Assembly: GCF_038025025.1 (NCBI RefSeq)
Contig: NW_027117347.1
Span: 1,674,001 to 1,738,000, forward strand
Direction of reading: 5' to 3'
DNA length: 64,000 nucleotides
Origin: Phyllosticta citribraziliensis
Lineage: Eukaryota
Shown: piece after piece, positions 22,605 to 35,002 of the stretch
How positions within the stretch are numbered: the first letter of the stretch is position 1
Layout: the number at the start of each line of letters is the position of its first letter
The notes under the pieces: generated by a model
Seen by the model: only the letters and a program-made list of their open reading frames with translations
Told to the model about the DNA's origin: nothing
Database searches by the model: none
Made by a program: the position numbers and the translations under genes

Positions 22605-25600
22605 CTATGCAGACGTCTCAGCAGTCTCCAATCTTGTTGCGACACTTCCCTTGCGCCACGCCTCCTTGGGATCTCTTCCCTTGACCGCGACGCTCTTTTC
22701 ACCGAGCCGACCCCATGCGCCACCACCTGGCGTCTTGATAATGATGCGGTCTCCAGGCTGCATGCTTGCTGTGTTTTTTGCGCCCAAGTTGATCTGTCTG
22801 AACTGGCTTTCATCCACTGCCGCACTCGTCGCAGCTTCTGGCTTTTCGTCGCTGCTTGCTATTCTCCTGACCCAGATATTCTGCCCACACGCTGCATCTT
22901 CACCGCCTTCGAGGCCGTAAGGATGGTATACGCGGCGCTCCGAGAGAATCGACACCTGTACGGGGATGCGGAATTCAATGTCGCGGGTCACACCGTCTCC
23001 ACCAGAATGTTGACCACGGCCACCAGAGCCTTCGCGCAAGCTGAACTCGCGCAGGATGACTGGGTAGCGACGCTCGAAGACCTCGGCGTCCGTGATGCGG
23101 GTGTTAGTCATGTGGGTGTGCACACCAGACGTTCCATCCCACGTTGGGCCAGCGCCCGAACCACCGGCAATCGTCTCGTAGTAGCCCTAATTTTGTTAGT
23201 TTTGTATATGCAGCGCAGAGTAATCGACTTACAAAGCCCTTCTGCTCTTTCTGTCCAGCCTGGTTTCCACCGTAGCCGAAAGTGAGGTTGTTGCAGTCAC
23301 CCTGGGATGCTGCACATGCACGGAAAGCCTTGAGAACGACGTCGGTGACACGTTGAGACTAGAGGATGTGAGCAAGTAAGAAATCGATACTTTTGTTCGA
23401 GACTTACAGTAAGGACGTTGCCGCCAACCACAGCGGCTTTGTCGGATGGCGAGAGGAAACACTTCTCTGGAATCTTGACATGCACGGGTTTGAGACAACC
23501 CTGGTTCAAGGGAATGTCTTCCTTGATCAAACAGCGCAAACAGTAGATGATGGCAGAATAAGTGATTGCGGCGGGTGCATTGATGTTGCCTGACGTCGTT
23601 AGAATGAGTGGAGTGGAAAAGAGCGAAAGTGACATACCGTAAACCTCGGGCCCCGTGCCTTCAAAGTCAAAGACTGCTTCTCCCTTTTCTGCGTCAATCT
23701 GAACCTTGAGCTGTATTGGGCTACCGTCATCCATGTAGTCGACGGCACTGAGATCTTGGCCCTCAAATCTCTTGCTGACTTCTTTGAGGAGCTTCCTCAC
23801 ACTCAGCTCCGCATTGTCCTGAATCTTGTGCATGTAGAATTGGACAACCTCCTCGCCGTATTCCTCGATCAATGTCGAGATGAGGTTGATGCCCTTTTGG
23901 TTCGCGGCAACTTGCGCTTTGAGGTCATTGAGGTTGTCGGCAAGACATCTCGTTCCACTGCAACCAGGATATTGTGCAGGCTCTTTGTGAAGAAGTTCCG
24001 TGATTCGCTCCTCATTGAAGTGGCCTTCTGAGACCAGCTTTTCAGTCTTGATCGCGGCACCTTCTTGGTAAAGTTCGCGACTGTGAGGTGGCATTGAGCC
24101 GGGGAGGATGCCACCAATGTCGGCATGGTGGGCGCGCGAGGCCACATAGAAAACGATTTTGTCGCCGCTGAATGCTGGCGTAATGACCGTGATGTCAGGA
24201 AGATGCGTACCACCAAACATAGGGTGGTTTGAAACAAGCACATCACCCCTCTTCAGCTTGCCCTTCCAAATGCCGGCCTGCTTGCGAACGCAAGTGGACA
24301 TGGATCCCAGGTGAACGGGAAGATGGGGTGCATTAGCGACAAGGCCGCCGTCCGCATCAAAGAGAGCACAAGAGTAGTCAAGGCGCTCCTTGACATTGGT
24401 GCTTACACTCGTCTTTTGCAGCGCCCGACCCATCTGTTCTGCAATGGCCATGAAACGGTGGGCAAAGATGCTGAGCATGATTGGGTCGACCTCATCCGTG
24501 GTAAGTTTCTTCTCGGTCTGCTCCGATTCTCCGACATTGATGATGACGTGAGTCTTGAGGACAAGCGCAGAGGCGTCGGGAGTAACGACAATCGTCTGGG
24601 TGCCGTCGGCAATGATTGCTGGACCCCTCAGGCGGTCCCCAACCTCCAAGTCCTCAAGTCTATAGATTGGCGTGTTTTGTCGGCCACCGTCAAAGTAGAC
24701 CGACTTCGAGCTGTGCTGCTTTGCGCCGTCCTTGAGGTCTTTTGCCGTGATTTCCTTGAGCTGTTCGTCCACAGTCTTCTCGAGGCCTTGGAACGTCATG
24801 CCAATGCCTCTGACGCGCACGTCGTCGATGATGATGTCTCGGTCCGGGAGCGTAAAGCCAAATTCTTGGTCGTGTTGCTTGACGAAAGCTTTGCCGTAGG
24901 CCCAATCGTCCCCGCCATACTCAGTCTTCGCTTCCTCGTTGGTGGGTTTGACAACCATGATTGCCGATTCGGTTCCACGGTAGCGCATGTTCAAGTACTC
25001 TTCAAAGTGAATCTGGTCCCCAGAGAAGCCCTGGTCATTCAAGGTAGTGCTAGACTTGCGCTTCAGGTCCTCCATCTTCTGTTGAAGGTAGTTGCGGGTC
25101 TCCTGGTCCTTGTCAGACCACACCTTGCTTTCAGGCTCTTGTCTCTCGTCAACGACATCTGCGAGGGCCATGCCGTAAGCCGACAAGACAGACGAGTATC
25201 TGTGAATGAGGATTTGAGAGATTCCGAGAGCCTGCGCAATGGCGACGGCATGTTGGCCTCCAGCACCTCCGAAAGTCGCCAGTCGGTGCTTGGATGTGTC
25301 GTGACCTCTCGCCTCCGTCAATGAACGAATGGGCCTAGTCATGGTCTCGTTTGCAATCTTGATGAAACCGTACGCCACCTCGTCCATTGACATCTCCTTG
25401 TCCTTGTTGTCGCCCGCGACCTCTTGATTGATGCGCTCCGTCAACTCCTTGAAAAGCTGCTCACTGGCCTCGGAGTCGAGCGGCTCGTCCTCATTCTTGC
25501 CAAAGATTTTGGGAAAGAATTCGGGCAAAAGTCTACCCAGAAACAGATTGGCATCGGTGATGGTCAGAGGACCACCCTTGCGATAGCAAGCAGGGCCAGG

Positions 25601-26889
25601 GTGAGCGCTGGCGGATTCGGGGCCGACCACGAACAAGCCATTGCGGAAAAAGAGTCGAGAGCCACCGCCTGCGGCAACCGTGTTGATGTCGAGCTGTGGC
25701 GATTGAATCGTGACTCCGGCGGTGGTGGTCTCGAAAACGTGATCGTAGCGGCCAGCGCCATATCGGCTGACGTCAGTGCTTGTACCTCCCATGTCGAAGC
25801 CGATGACTGGGGTCTTGGTCTTGGGGTCGTACGAGGTCAGCGCGTAGCCAACAACACCACCAGCGGGACCAGAGAGAATTGCGCGCAGGCCGGAGAAGAT
25901 GTCGACATCGACCAGACCACCGTCGCTCTGCATAAACTCGCATCTTGCACCCTTGTCGCCGCTTTCCCGCTTTACACTTTCCGAGCCAAGGCCGCCTGCG
26001 AAACCCTTGGAGAAGCCGTCGATGTACTTTCTGATGGCCGGAGTAAGATATGCATCAGCGCACGTGGAAGTTGCACGTGGGACCAGCTTGATCATCGGCA
26101 TCAACTCGTGGCTCAAGCTGACATGCTCGAAACCGATGTCCTTGGCTATTCTGCCAACGAGCGCCTCGTGGTGGGGGAATGTGTAACCGTGCATCAGACA
26201 CACAGCGATGCTGCGCAGCCCGCTGTCATACACCTCCTGGAGCTGTTTTCGGATGATGTCTCCCTTTGGCCTGGACAATATTCTTACGGCTTCTCCAGAG
26301 AGACCTCGCACAAGCTCCGCGTCGGCACCGGAATCTTCGAATGGTTGTGCTTTTGTCTCGTTTCTCTCGGGGTCCTCGGCATAGTCTTCCAAAGTGACGC
26401 GCTCGTCAATCTCGACGACCTTCTTGTACAGCACGTCGGGCTTGCGGATTGCCAAATCAAAGATGTTTGGTCTTGACTGGTTTCCAATATCCAAGCAGTC
26501 GCGGAAGCCTTTGGTGACCACCATCGCAACATCTTCTCCCTTCCTCTCCAATAGTGCATTTGTTGCCACAGTTGTGCCCATCCGTATGCTCTCAATCTTG
26601 GACGTGTCCAATGGCTCGCCTCGGGGTATTTCTTTGCCGGTAAATTTTGATAATAATCTTCGGATGCCTTCGAGAGGTGCATCGTCGTAGTTTTCGGGGT
26701 CGACTGAGAGAAGCTTGATGACAACGTCGTCTTCCATCCTGCCGGTACCAGGATTTCCAACGCAGTCTGTGAAGGTGCCACCACGCTGTCATAGTCAGCT
26801 TGCAAGCTCCATGTAGGTTTGGCCGGACTTACGTCAATGGCTATGCGGATGCCGCGTCCAATCGTCTTGGCGGAAGTCATTTCGCCCAT
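22605..26889 (-). CDS. OXP1: 5-oxoprolinase (ATP-hydrolysing; hydantoinase A/B domains)
   Basis: [88 protein letters not shown]; introns near 26786-26832, 23590-23636, 23360-23405 and about 23186-23228. Confidence 0.97.
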
Positions 26890-28947
26890 GTTTGCTGAGG
26901 TATGTGAGGGTGGAGAAGGTGGAAGTATGGCAAGAGAGTGTGAGAGGGGTATATTGTTTGTTTCGGCAGAGCGTGAGACAGTGCCCAACGTTTGTATTCC
27001 TATACACAATATATACAATGGTGACCTGTTTATCGCTGATCGGGATCGGAAGCCGATGGCTAAGAAAGGAAGATTGACAGGCCGTCCGTTGAGGCCCGCC
27101 TGGAGGATTTCGTGGGGTAATGGCAACAGAAAGCGAGGAGAGAGATCGGGTTCGCGAGGAGAGCTGGAGCAGCACCAGGAAGAGGCGTAGCCGCGACCAG
27201 AGTGGGATTGTTGTCTTGTCGATGGTGTTGGCTCATGGCGACATTCTGCCACCGCCCTGCCCTCGATCGGCAAACGTTCCGATGGTCCGTGCTCTCCCGC
27301 GTCTTAGCGGAGGTCGGCTTGCCGGTGCCGTCCGCGTCTCCGTCCCCCAACACCAAACCCTCGCCTTTGCCCCTGCTATCACCATATCGCCATCGCGCGA
27401 GCCATCAAGTGCCAGTGTGTCATTTCGAAGTCTGGTTGCTCGGCAGCGTCTGGTGTCTTCCTCTACCGCTTCCCAGAATCGCCTCGCCGCAGCACGGATT
27501 GCCGTCGACTTTCAATGCCACAGGCCAAACTCGCGACCGAGAAGTCCTTCTCTACAGCTCAATGCGCTATTGCCCGAGTCGCCCTAACGAAGCGGATCCT
27601 CCATCGTCAGCGACATGGACCAGGAGAAGTGATCCTAGCTCGGATTCAAATTCAATGAAGATCAACTTCGAGTATAGTTGAACTACCCAGGTGGCTGCAT
27701 TTCCCTCAGTACCAGACCTTGTCGAGCAGCAATCTCATGCACTGTAGCACTCAACTCAAGGACGGTATTTGTCGCTAGAATAATTTGAGGTCATCAAAGT
27801 CACCGGGCCTGTTGCAGCTCACAGCACTTCCCACACAATTCTCTTATCGCTGGACGTCCGCGAGTCTCAACACCTCATGATCATTGGCAGCAGTAGCCGT
27901 TGCGCCTCAGGTCCATCCATCACATCCACAGGGATCTCCCCACCTCGTAGGCCTTCAGCTCTTCCCGAGAGCTCCTGACTCAGTCACGAAGCGGGGCTAC
28001 GAAGAGCTTGGCCATGTCTTGGGAACCGTCTTCACATGTACCTTGCGTAGCGCTCCAGAACGTCCAAAACATGACGGACCGATGCGTTGCTCGATATTGG
28101 CCAAAGCTGGACATATAGCTCAAGGTAGATCTGCTCCCGTACCGATAGCTTATTTCAACTCACAGAGTCTGTCCAAAGCTTTGTTTCTCTTAACTAACGC
28201 AGGTTCTCCGGGCTTTACTCGCATTTGTCCTCGCTTCTATTTAAATTGCTGGATATATCGTTGCATTGCAAGAGCTGGGTGGGCCACGTGCAGAGTATGG
28301 CATATCTCAGTCCGAGGATTGCAATGTTGCGACTCGGTTCCTGTGCCGGCAAGCTCAACACGTGAAGCGCCAGTCACAGTCCGCCGAGGCTCTAACGGCG
28401 TGCATGCCTTTTCGTTTCAAATTCCTTTCCTTGGACGGTTTAGCTCTTTCTGGGATCAAAACTTGTGCCTGACGGTTAGGCATAAGCTTCCCCGCACTTT
28501 CCTTCTTTGGATGGTGTTTTCTCGGCATCTGACTTGCCAACCCCTTTACGGCATAGCTACGCAGCGTGCTGGTTGTCCCCACATCAGTCAAATCACTAGA
28601 TCGTCAATGTTGACGGCGCATATGTCACCCCCCGCTCCTGTACCTTGTTGGTGCCTTACCTCCTTCCAGGCTAGCCTGATGAGGATACGCAGTTGCTTCG
28701 ATCGCCTTCATGGCGCCTCTCTAAAGGCATGTGGATACACATCAGAGGGGACATTGCGGGGAATTCGTGTCTGGATGCCCTTGCTCGGTGGCATGTGTCT
28801 CCACCGAGGCAGGTTTTGGCAAGACATTTATGGCAATATATGACATTCCTCTATGCGGTCATTCTACAAGCTTTGGACGCCCGTTGAGACCATCTTCTAC
28901 CAGTGGACCAACTCGTTGTGTCCTTCGTTTCAATCTCTCCGGTCACC

Positions 28948-30459
28948 ATGAAGGCCCTCACCATCCTTGGCGGCTTTTTTGCTGCCATTTCTTCTGTCTA
29001 CGCTCAGCAAGGATGCGTCAGTTCGGCTCTCTCTCTCATCCCTCAGTGTGGACAGTCTTGCCTCTTGTCGGCGCAGAAAGCCGCCGGCTGCAACGTTGCT
29101 TCGACCGACTTTCGTTGCGGCTGTGAAAAGTCGGCAGAGGTTGAGAAGAATCCTACCATCACTCAGTGTGTCCTTCAGGCCTGCAACCAGGATGTAAACC
29201 AAGCCCTCAAGGTCTCGTCCGGAGCGAAGGAGCTGTGCAAATGCGTCGCAACAGCTGCACCGGAAGCTCAGCCTGGTCCCACGACCCCGGTTCCGCCTCC
29301 TGCCCCTGGCCCGCCTGCGGAAACCCCACCCCCTGCCGAATCACCCACCACCCCTCCGGCTGCTCCCCCGGCTCCCGAAACTCCTCCGCCGTCTACACCC
29401 CCTGGTAAGACAGCTCCTACCCCGATCGTTCCGCCCGTCGCTCCACCAGCTCCGCCGCCGCCGAACGCTTGTCCCTCGATCGCCGAAGTCACCGAAACGG
29501 CCTCTCCTGTCGAGGCAGGGCCAGCTCAGACCCCGCCGCCTCAGGAGAGTCCTCCGCCCGCTAGCCCTCCACCCGCCGGCCCTCCGCCCCCCGGGACATG
29601 TCCGAACGAAGTCACTGTCACCAGCCCGTGCCCGACCGAAGTTACTGTTACCAGCCCATGTCCAACAGAAGTCACTGTGACATTGGGCTCTGCTCCAGGC
29701 GGCGCTCCGCCTCCAAGTCCTCAATCTTGTCCCTCCGAAGTCACTGTCACTTCCCCGTGTCCCACGGAAGTGACCGTCACCCTCTCAGGGCCAGCTGGAG
29801 CTGGCGGAGCTGGCGGAACCGGTGCTGCACCCCCCAATTCATGCCCCTCTGAAATTACCGTCACTTCCCCCTGTCCTTCTGAAGCTACAGTCACTTCCCC
29901 ATGTCCCACTGAAGTCACCGTCACTCTTTCGCAAACACAAGCTGGAGCGGGCGGTGCGCCCGTCGGCGCGACGCCCGGCTCAGTAGGTCAAGGTCCACTT
30001 GTTTATGACAACGGCGCCTTTGCTAACTCGTCTGTCTCTGCAGCTGCCCCCAACCAATCTACTCTCCTCACGGTCCCCACCCCCGGCACGGCCCCGCCTG
30101 GACAAGGTGCTGGTGGCGTTGGCGTTGGGGCCCCTCCTGGGACTTGTCCTCCTCCACAGTCGATCATGTTGACCACGACGGTCACCGTGACGGCGGGCGC
30201 TGAGGAGTCGGGCGCCGCGGCCGCTGCGCCACCGCCTGCGCCGCAGGCAGCAAAGGGAGACGCTGAGGTGCGCGTCAGCTACGGCGGCAAATCGCGTGGC
30301 CGTCAGCAAGTCAATTGCGACGACGAGAATGGCATCAAATGTGAGTACCGCCCGTCTACTTTCCTTCAACGCGTCAATCTAACAATGGCAGACTTTTTGT
30401 GCGGCTTCAAGCAGAAATTCCACGGGCCAGGCCGCCATGACCATCGTCGCATGTCCTAG
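28948..30459 (+). CDS. Secreted CFEM-domain protein with Pro/Thr-rich stalk and Cys-containing repeats
   Basis: Signal peptide MKALTILGGFFAAISSVYA; CFEM-like IPQCGQSCLL..AGC..TDFRCGC..ITQCVLQAC..AKELC; candidate intron 30341-30391; 3' end uncertain. Confidence 0.85.
   Translation: MKALTILGGFFAAISSVYAQQGCVSSALSLIPQCGQSCLLSAQKAAGCNVASTDFRCGCEKSAEVEKNPTITQCVLQACNQDVNQALKVSSGAKELCKCVATAAPEAQPGPTTPVPPPAPGPPAETPPPAESPTTPPAAPPAPETPPPSTPPGKTAPTPIVPPVAPPAPPPPNACPSIAEVTETASPVEAGPAQTPPPQESPPPASPPPAGPPPPGTCPNEVTVTSPCPTEVTVTSPCPTEVTVTLGSAPGGAPPPSPQSCPSEVTVTSPCPTEVTVTLSGPAGAGGAGGTGAAPPNSCPSEITVTSPCPSEATVTSPCPTEVTVTLSQTQAGAGGAPVGATPGSVGQGPLVYDNGAFANSSVSAAAPNQSTLLTVPTPGTAPPGQGAGGVGVGAPPGTCPPPQSIMLTTTVTVTAGAEESGAAAAAPPPAPQAAKGDAEVRVSYGGKSRGRQQVNCDDENGIKCEYRPSTFLQRVNLTMADFLCGFKQKFHGPGRHDHRRMS
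29599..29927 (+). repeat. Coding repeat: 8 copies of CP(T/S/N)E(V/I/A)TVT(SP) in groups of 3-2-3
   Basis: 30-nt units TG(T/C)CC...GAAG...AC.GT.AC visible in the CFEM gene. Confidence 0.9.
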
Positions 30460-32194
30460 TAACCAGCGTCAGATCAAGAGGAGGAACGGTGGTTCTCGCA
30501 CCACATCACGTCATATGAGTGTGCAGAGACCACTATTTTGGCCGCTGGTAGCAGCAGCTCTGTTTATACGCCCTGCACAGAACCCGCACAAAAATGTACA
30601 GCAAACTCGGTGTTGATAATTTGTACATACGCGACACACTACTGTCTATACTCTCAACGATCAAAAGACGCTCGACGACGTTGATGATTTGACGTTTTCT
30701 CTTGAATCTGCTCCTCCACATGTACCATGAAGCCAAACCCGTTTGTATTGCGAAGATCAAGGCAGATAGGACTGGGCCACTCACAAGCCGTGAGCCAGCG
30801 CAGTGAGCAAGACTTACCCGTCCGTCAATCACTTGCGTAGCATCGCCGTGAAATACTCGGCCCCGAGGTTCCTCGCCTCCGTCCCGCGCGTGCTCTCCTC
30901 CCGTCCCTCGCAATCCTGTGACGTCGCCCGCGCAGCCAGACAGCGTCTCCGCACCCGCAGCGGGCGGCAGGCAGGGAACCGGGATGGCCAGGCCAGGCCA
31001 GTGCAGCCCGCCAACGGCGACTCAGGCGGCGCGCAACCCAAGACGGCACCTGGGACGCGGGGCGGCTGGCCTTTGGATGACTGATCGCGCCGGTGACGAC
31101 TGCTGCTGATGCGCTGGTGGGCGGACGGGCGTCTGTCGTGTCGCTGCTGGAAGCAGAGCTGTGCAGCATGGATGGATGGATGGATGGCCGGACGGATGTC
31201 CTCCAATCATTTACTAGCCAGCGAAACCTACATGCTGTATCCCCCTATCAACCAGCCAAACAAACCCCGCCGTCTTCTCTTCCCTTCTCGCCTTCGTAGC
31301 CTGGCGCCCTCGCAACAAAACCTATCACACCAGCTTCGAATCCGCCGGCATTGTTGAAAACAAGCGACAGCGACAGTGGCAGCAGGGAAAACGTCGATGA
31401 TGAGTAAACGGACCGACAGACGTGGACGCGACTAACGACCCACCCGAAGCGGTAAGCGCGACGGGGTTGCGAGTTGGCGAGTTGCCTGTTTGGGTTAGCG
31501 TGGGGAAGAGAGGTGTAAGCTTCTTTGCCGTGGGGCTTAGCGACGATACAGAGGAGCCTCGGTGTGGCTGGATGGACGAAGCAAGTCTGCGCGTGGGGGG
31601 AGTGGCGTGGTAGATAGCCTGGCTCGTCGCGCTGCGTGGACACTGCTGCCGTGCCGTCGTCGTCGTCGTCGTCGTCGTCCGGACTGAGAACATCGCCGTC
31701 AGCTCGAGTCGGTTTAGGAGAACACGCCCCTGAAGCTCGCCCCCAATGACCGCCCTGGCTTTCGCTGTTGGACGAGACGCATTCCTGTGCGCCGCTGGGG
31801 ATGGCGGCCCGGCGTCCCCGTTGAAAGCGAGATCGGCGCTTTTGATGAGAGCTAGTGGTACATTGGACGCGAGCTATTGGAAGATAGGCTTCTGAGGTCA
31901 GATAGTTGCGCAATCTGGAGCCAACTCGATATTAGACGCACTTGATTGCCTAACCTGAGTGACGCCCAAGGAAATGTGAGCATACGACTGACTGAACAAG
32001 TTAGTGGAATAGAAGATATCAAGGTACCACGAAGCAAAGCTCATGAATCGTCATTCGTATGCCAAAGTGTATGCTGTATAGAATGCGAGAACACGCGAAT
32101 AGTCTATCCAAGAGCCGTTTTGGTCTAAAAAGGAAACAGGAAGAAGTTCTGCTGAGCTGACCGGGTAATGATCAAGACAAACCGCGCAACACAC

Positions 32195-33353
32195 TCAGAC
32201 AATGTCTTTGAAATCATTCGTGCTGTCGCTTGAAGCAGTCTTGACATGTAGACGCCCACCGTCAGGCAAGACAATAATGCCCGTCCGACTCAAATGTCTT
32301 GACAGACCCTCATCGCCGTGTTCGTGCACTGCGCGCCCCGTCCCCAACCGGGCAAGGCTGTCTCGCATCACCAGCTCGTAGTAGCACGTGGCGAACAGCG
32401 TCGCCGGAATGCTGACCAGAATCGCGATCCAGGCGTAATTTTTGTACGTGAAGGCTTCGGGGCCGTAGAAGATGAGGGCGACGAGCCGCAGCCCGAGGTC
32501 GCGGGCCATGTTGGCCGAGATGGAGACGCCGGCGAAGCCCCAGATCATCGAGCCGTATGCAAGGCCGATGACCCAGGGCGCGGCGGCGGGCGTGATGAAG
32601 GGGTTGGCGGGATCGAGACACGCCCAGATTACCATTGCCTGGTCGTGTTCAGCTGTCACCGTTTATGCAAGGGGTAGTATCTGGTGCGACTTACCAGGTA
32701 GGTGTCCACAAAAAATTCAATCATGAACAGATAGCCCAGATTGTTCTGGTCGACGCCAGGAAATGTGCACAGGATGCTCGCGGGTCCGCCGTTGTATACT
32801 TGCGATCCGGTCTGGGCCAGCGACGCGGCGTTGAAGACGGCAATCTGTTCGTGATATTGGCCCATGAGAAGTAGACCAGCCATGAAAGCACCGAAGATTT
32901 GCGCACAAATGTACAACGGTACTTTGCGCCATGGGAAATCTTGCCAGACTGCAAACGCAATGGTGATGGCTGGACTGAAGTGGCCCCCTGAGGTTGATGC
33001 GCTGGTGATGATGGCAAATGCAACGCCCACTGCGTACGCCCAGCCGATTTGAAAGATGGAACTGAACGCTGGCTCAGTGCCGTTCAAGAAAAACGTCGCG
33101 GTGGCCGCAATTCCGGGATACACTGCGACACGGATTAGGGAAATGGGCCTTGTGTAACCAGCGCACACGCACCGTAGAAGAACACCCCGGTCGCCTCTGC
33201 TGCCAATTCTCGCAACAATCTCGGCCGACGGTGCTCAAAGTCGAGCCTGCGTTGCGAAACAGGCCTCCTCTCAATGACATGGCGCGCATAGTGTTTGCGG
33301 ACGGCGTCTGTGGCTCCGACCTCGAGGGTCTGCAAGCGATGAATGTCGCCCAT
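32195..33353 (-). CDS. Aquaglyceroporin-like MIP channel
   Basis: LLRELAAEATGVFFY, SGGHFSPAITIAFA, FPWRKVPLYI.AQIFGAF.AG, ANMARDLG.RL; introns near 33122-33172 and 32640-32694. Confidence 0.92.
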
Positions 33354-35002
33354 CTTCGGAGAATTGGAAAAGAAGGTTGTGGGAAGGAAATCAAAAGCGG
33401 AGACTAGCACAGCTTTATCCTGCACGCTACAGCAAATCTCACTTGCGAAGGCGTGGTTCAGTAACACGTCCGAGGCCTTTTCCAACCAATCCTCCTTGTT
33501 CCTGAACCCAAGACCAGGGCCTCGCGTGTCGCGCGAGGTCAGCTGCAGTGCGACACCACGTTCGCCGCCCAGCCCTTTGTTCCCAGGTTGTTTGTGTCTC
33601 GTGAGAATGACATGCCGTGAGAACCGCCGTCTTGTCCGGAGGAGATGGAGGTGGTCGACCGTCAACGTGGCGGTTTCGACATGCGATAGCCCTGGCGAGC
33701 CCGGACCAGCCACTCGAATCGAGCGCTGGCTTCGCTAGGCTTGAGTGCTTAGCATAGGCGATGCATGCAATAATTGGTCCGCAGGTGCGGCTCGTAAGCG
33801 GCTTTGGTGCTTGGCTGGCCAAGAGAGAATGTCCTATCGCTACCCCACTTGGCGCCACCACGGACCTCTGTGCTTCCGGTCACGGCTGTGAGGGATAGAA
33901 GTCGGTTTCGAGGATACGAGAGGTCATAAATGGCGTTTGTGGTGGCGTGTCGGAGGAAACTGTTAAAAAACGGACGATCGGCAGTGGGATGCGGCTTGCT
34001 CCATTTGGAAGTTTGCGGGGGAGGGTGAAAAAACGTCCTTACTGGTGTTGAGTGCAGAAAGAAGACTACCATGTGCTTCAATATCCGTTTGCCGGCCGCT
34101 AGCGCATCCATCACTATGTTTTCCACGTGGTGTTTGGTTTCCGGGGTCAATCGAATCTCGGACGCACCACTCGTCGCAAACAGATGGGAAAAAGCAACGT
34201 CTGACTAGGCCCTACGCTCACCGGATATACGAAAAGGAATCTGCATCGAAATAGAGTGCCAAGTCTTGGCCATGTGTACTGTGTATCCACTTTAAAGGCA
34301 CGGATATCCTGTTGTCCATGATAAGAATCGCATGGTGGAAAGTCGAGGTGGACATCTAGGGCCGAAGGTTCTGGAGGGTGCGAAAAATCGCTTTGGCATG
34401 CAACGCAGCCGAGAACAGGGGATGGCGCGGCCAATCAGCTTCGCGCCAGGTTTGTCCAGCACAAACGAGTTGTTCCCTGGAGACGCGTCTGGTGGTATGT
34501 TTATCAAGCGGTCGCGGACATGGGGTTGAGTGACCATTGAGTGTCAACGAAGCCATGTCGCTGTTGTATACTGGCAAGTTTGACTGGGCGAAGGAAAAGA
34601 CGTTCTGTGGAATGAGACTATATCCAAAACGTGACAATATTCGATACCGTCTTTTGAAAGAAAGCGTCGCAGAAGCGCTGATTATGGTCCACGACAGGTG
34701 AGGCACGCACTTGGGCCAGGGACACGCTGCATTACAATGAATCTCGTCCCGTACTTTTTGTTCGAGTGGTGGTCTGAGAGTTTACTCCGAAACCCTCTTC
34801 CTGCAAAACGACTCGCCCAACTGCACTTGAAACTGATGTTTCTGGCAGGACATGCTGAAATTGCTTCCCTCGGCGTAAGCCTTGGGTCTCCCCCTATTCG
34901 TTGCAGTGTCTGAGATTTAGCGAGGCTCCTGCCATAGCGATGGAGGTGTCGAGTCTGAGGACAGTGAGGGCGTTGACAGCTGACGGGACGCTTCAATCCG
35001 GA

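Noticed and set aside
24311..26476. Long plus-strand ORFs (337 and 350 aa)
   Set aside because: Antisense shadows of the codon-biased oxoprolinase CDS.
27884..28843. 319-aa ORF upstream of the CFEM gene
   Set aside because: TTG start, no codon bias or motif; probably promoter/5' region.
34350..34860. Possible additional F-box relic on the minus strand (SFKRRYRIL...SFAQSNLPVY..MASLTL)
   Set aside because: Only faint resemblance to the post-F-box motif; no convincing F-box or cap in any frame.
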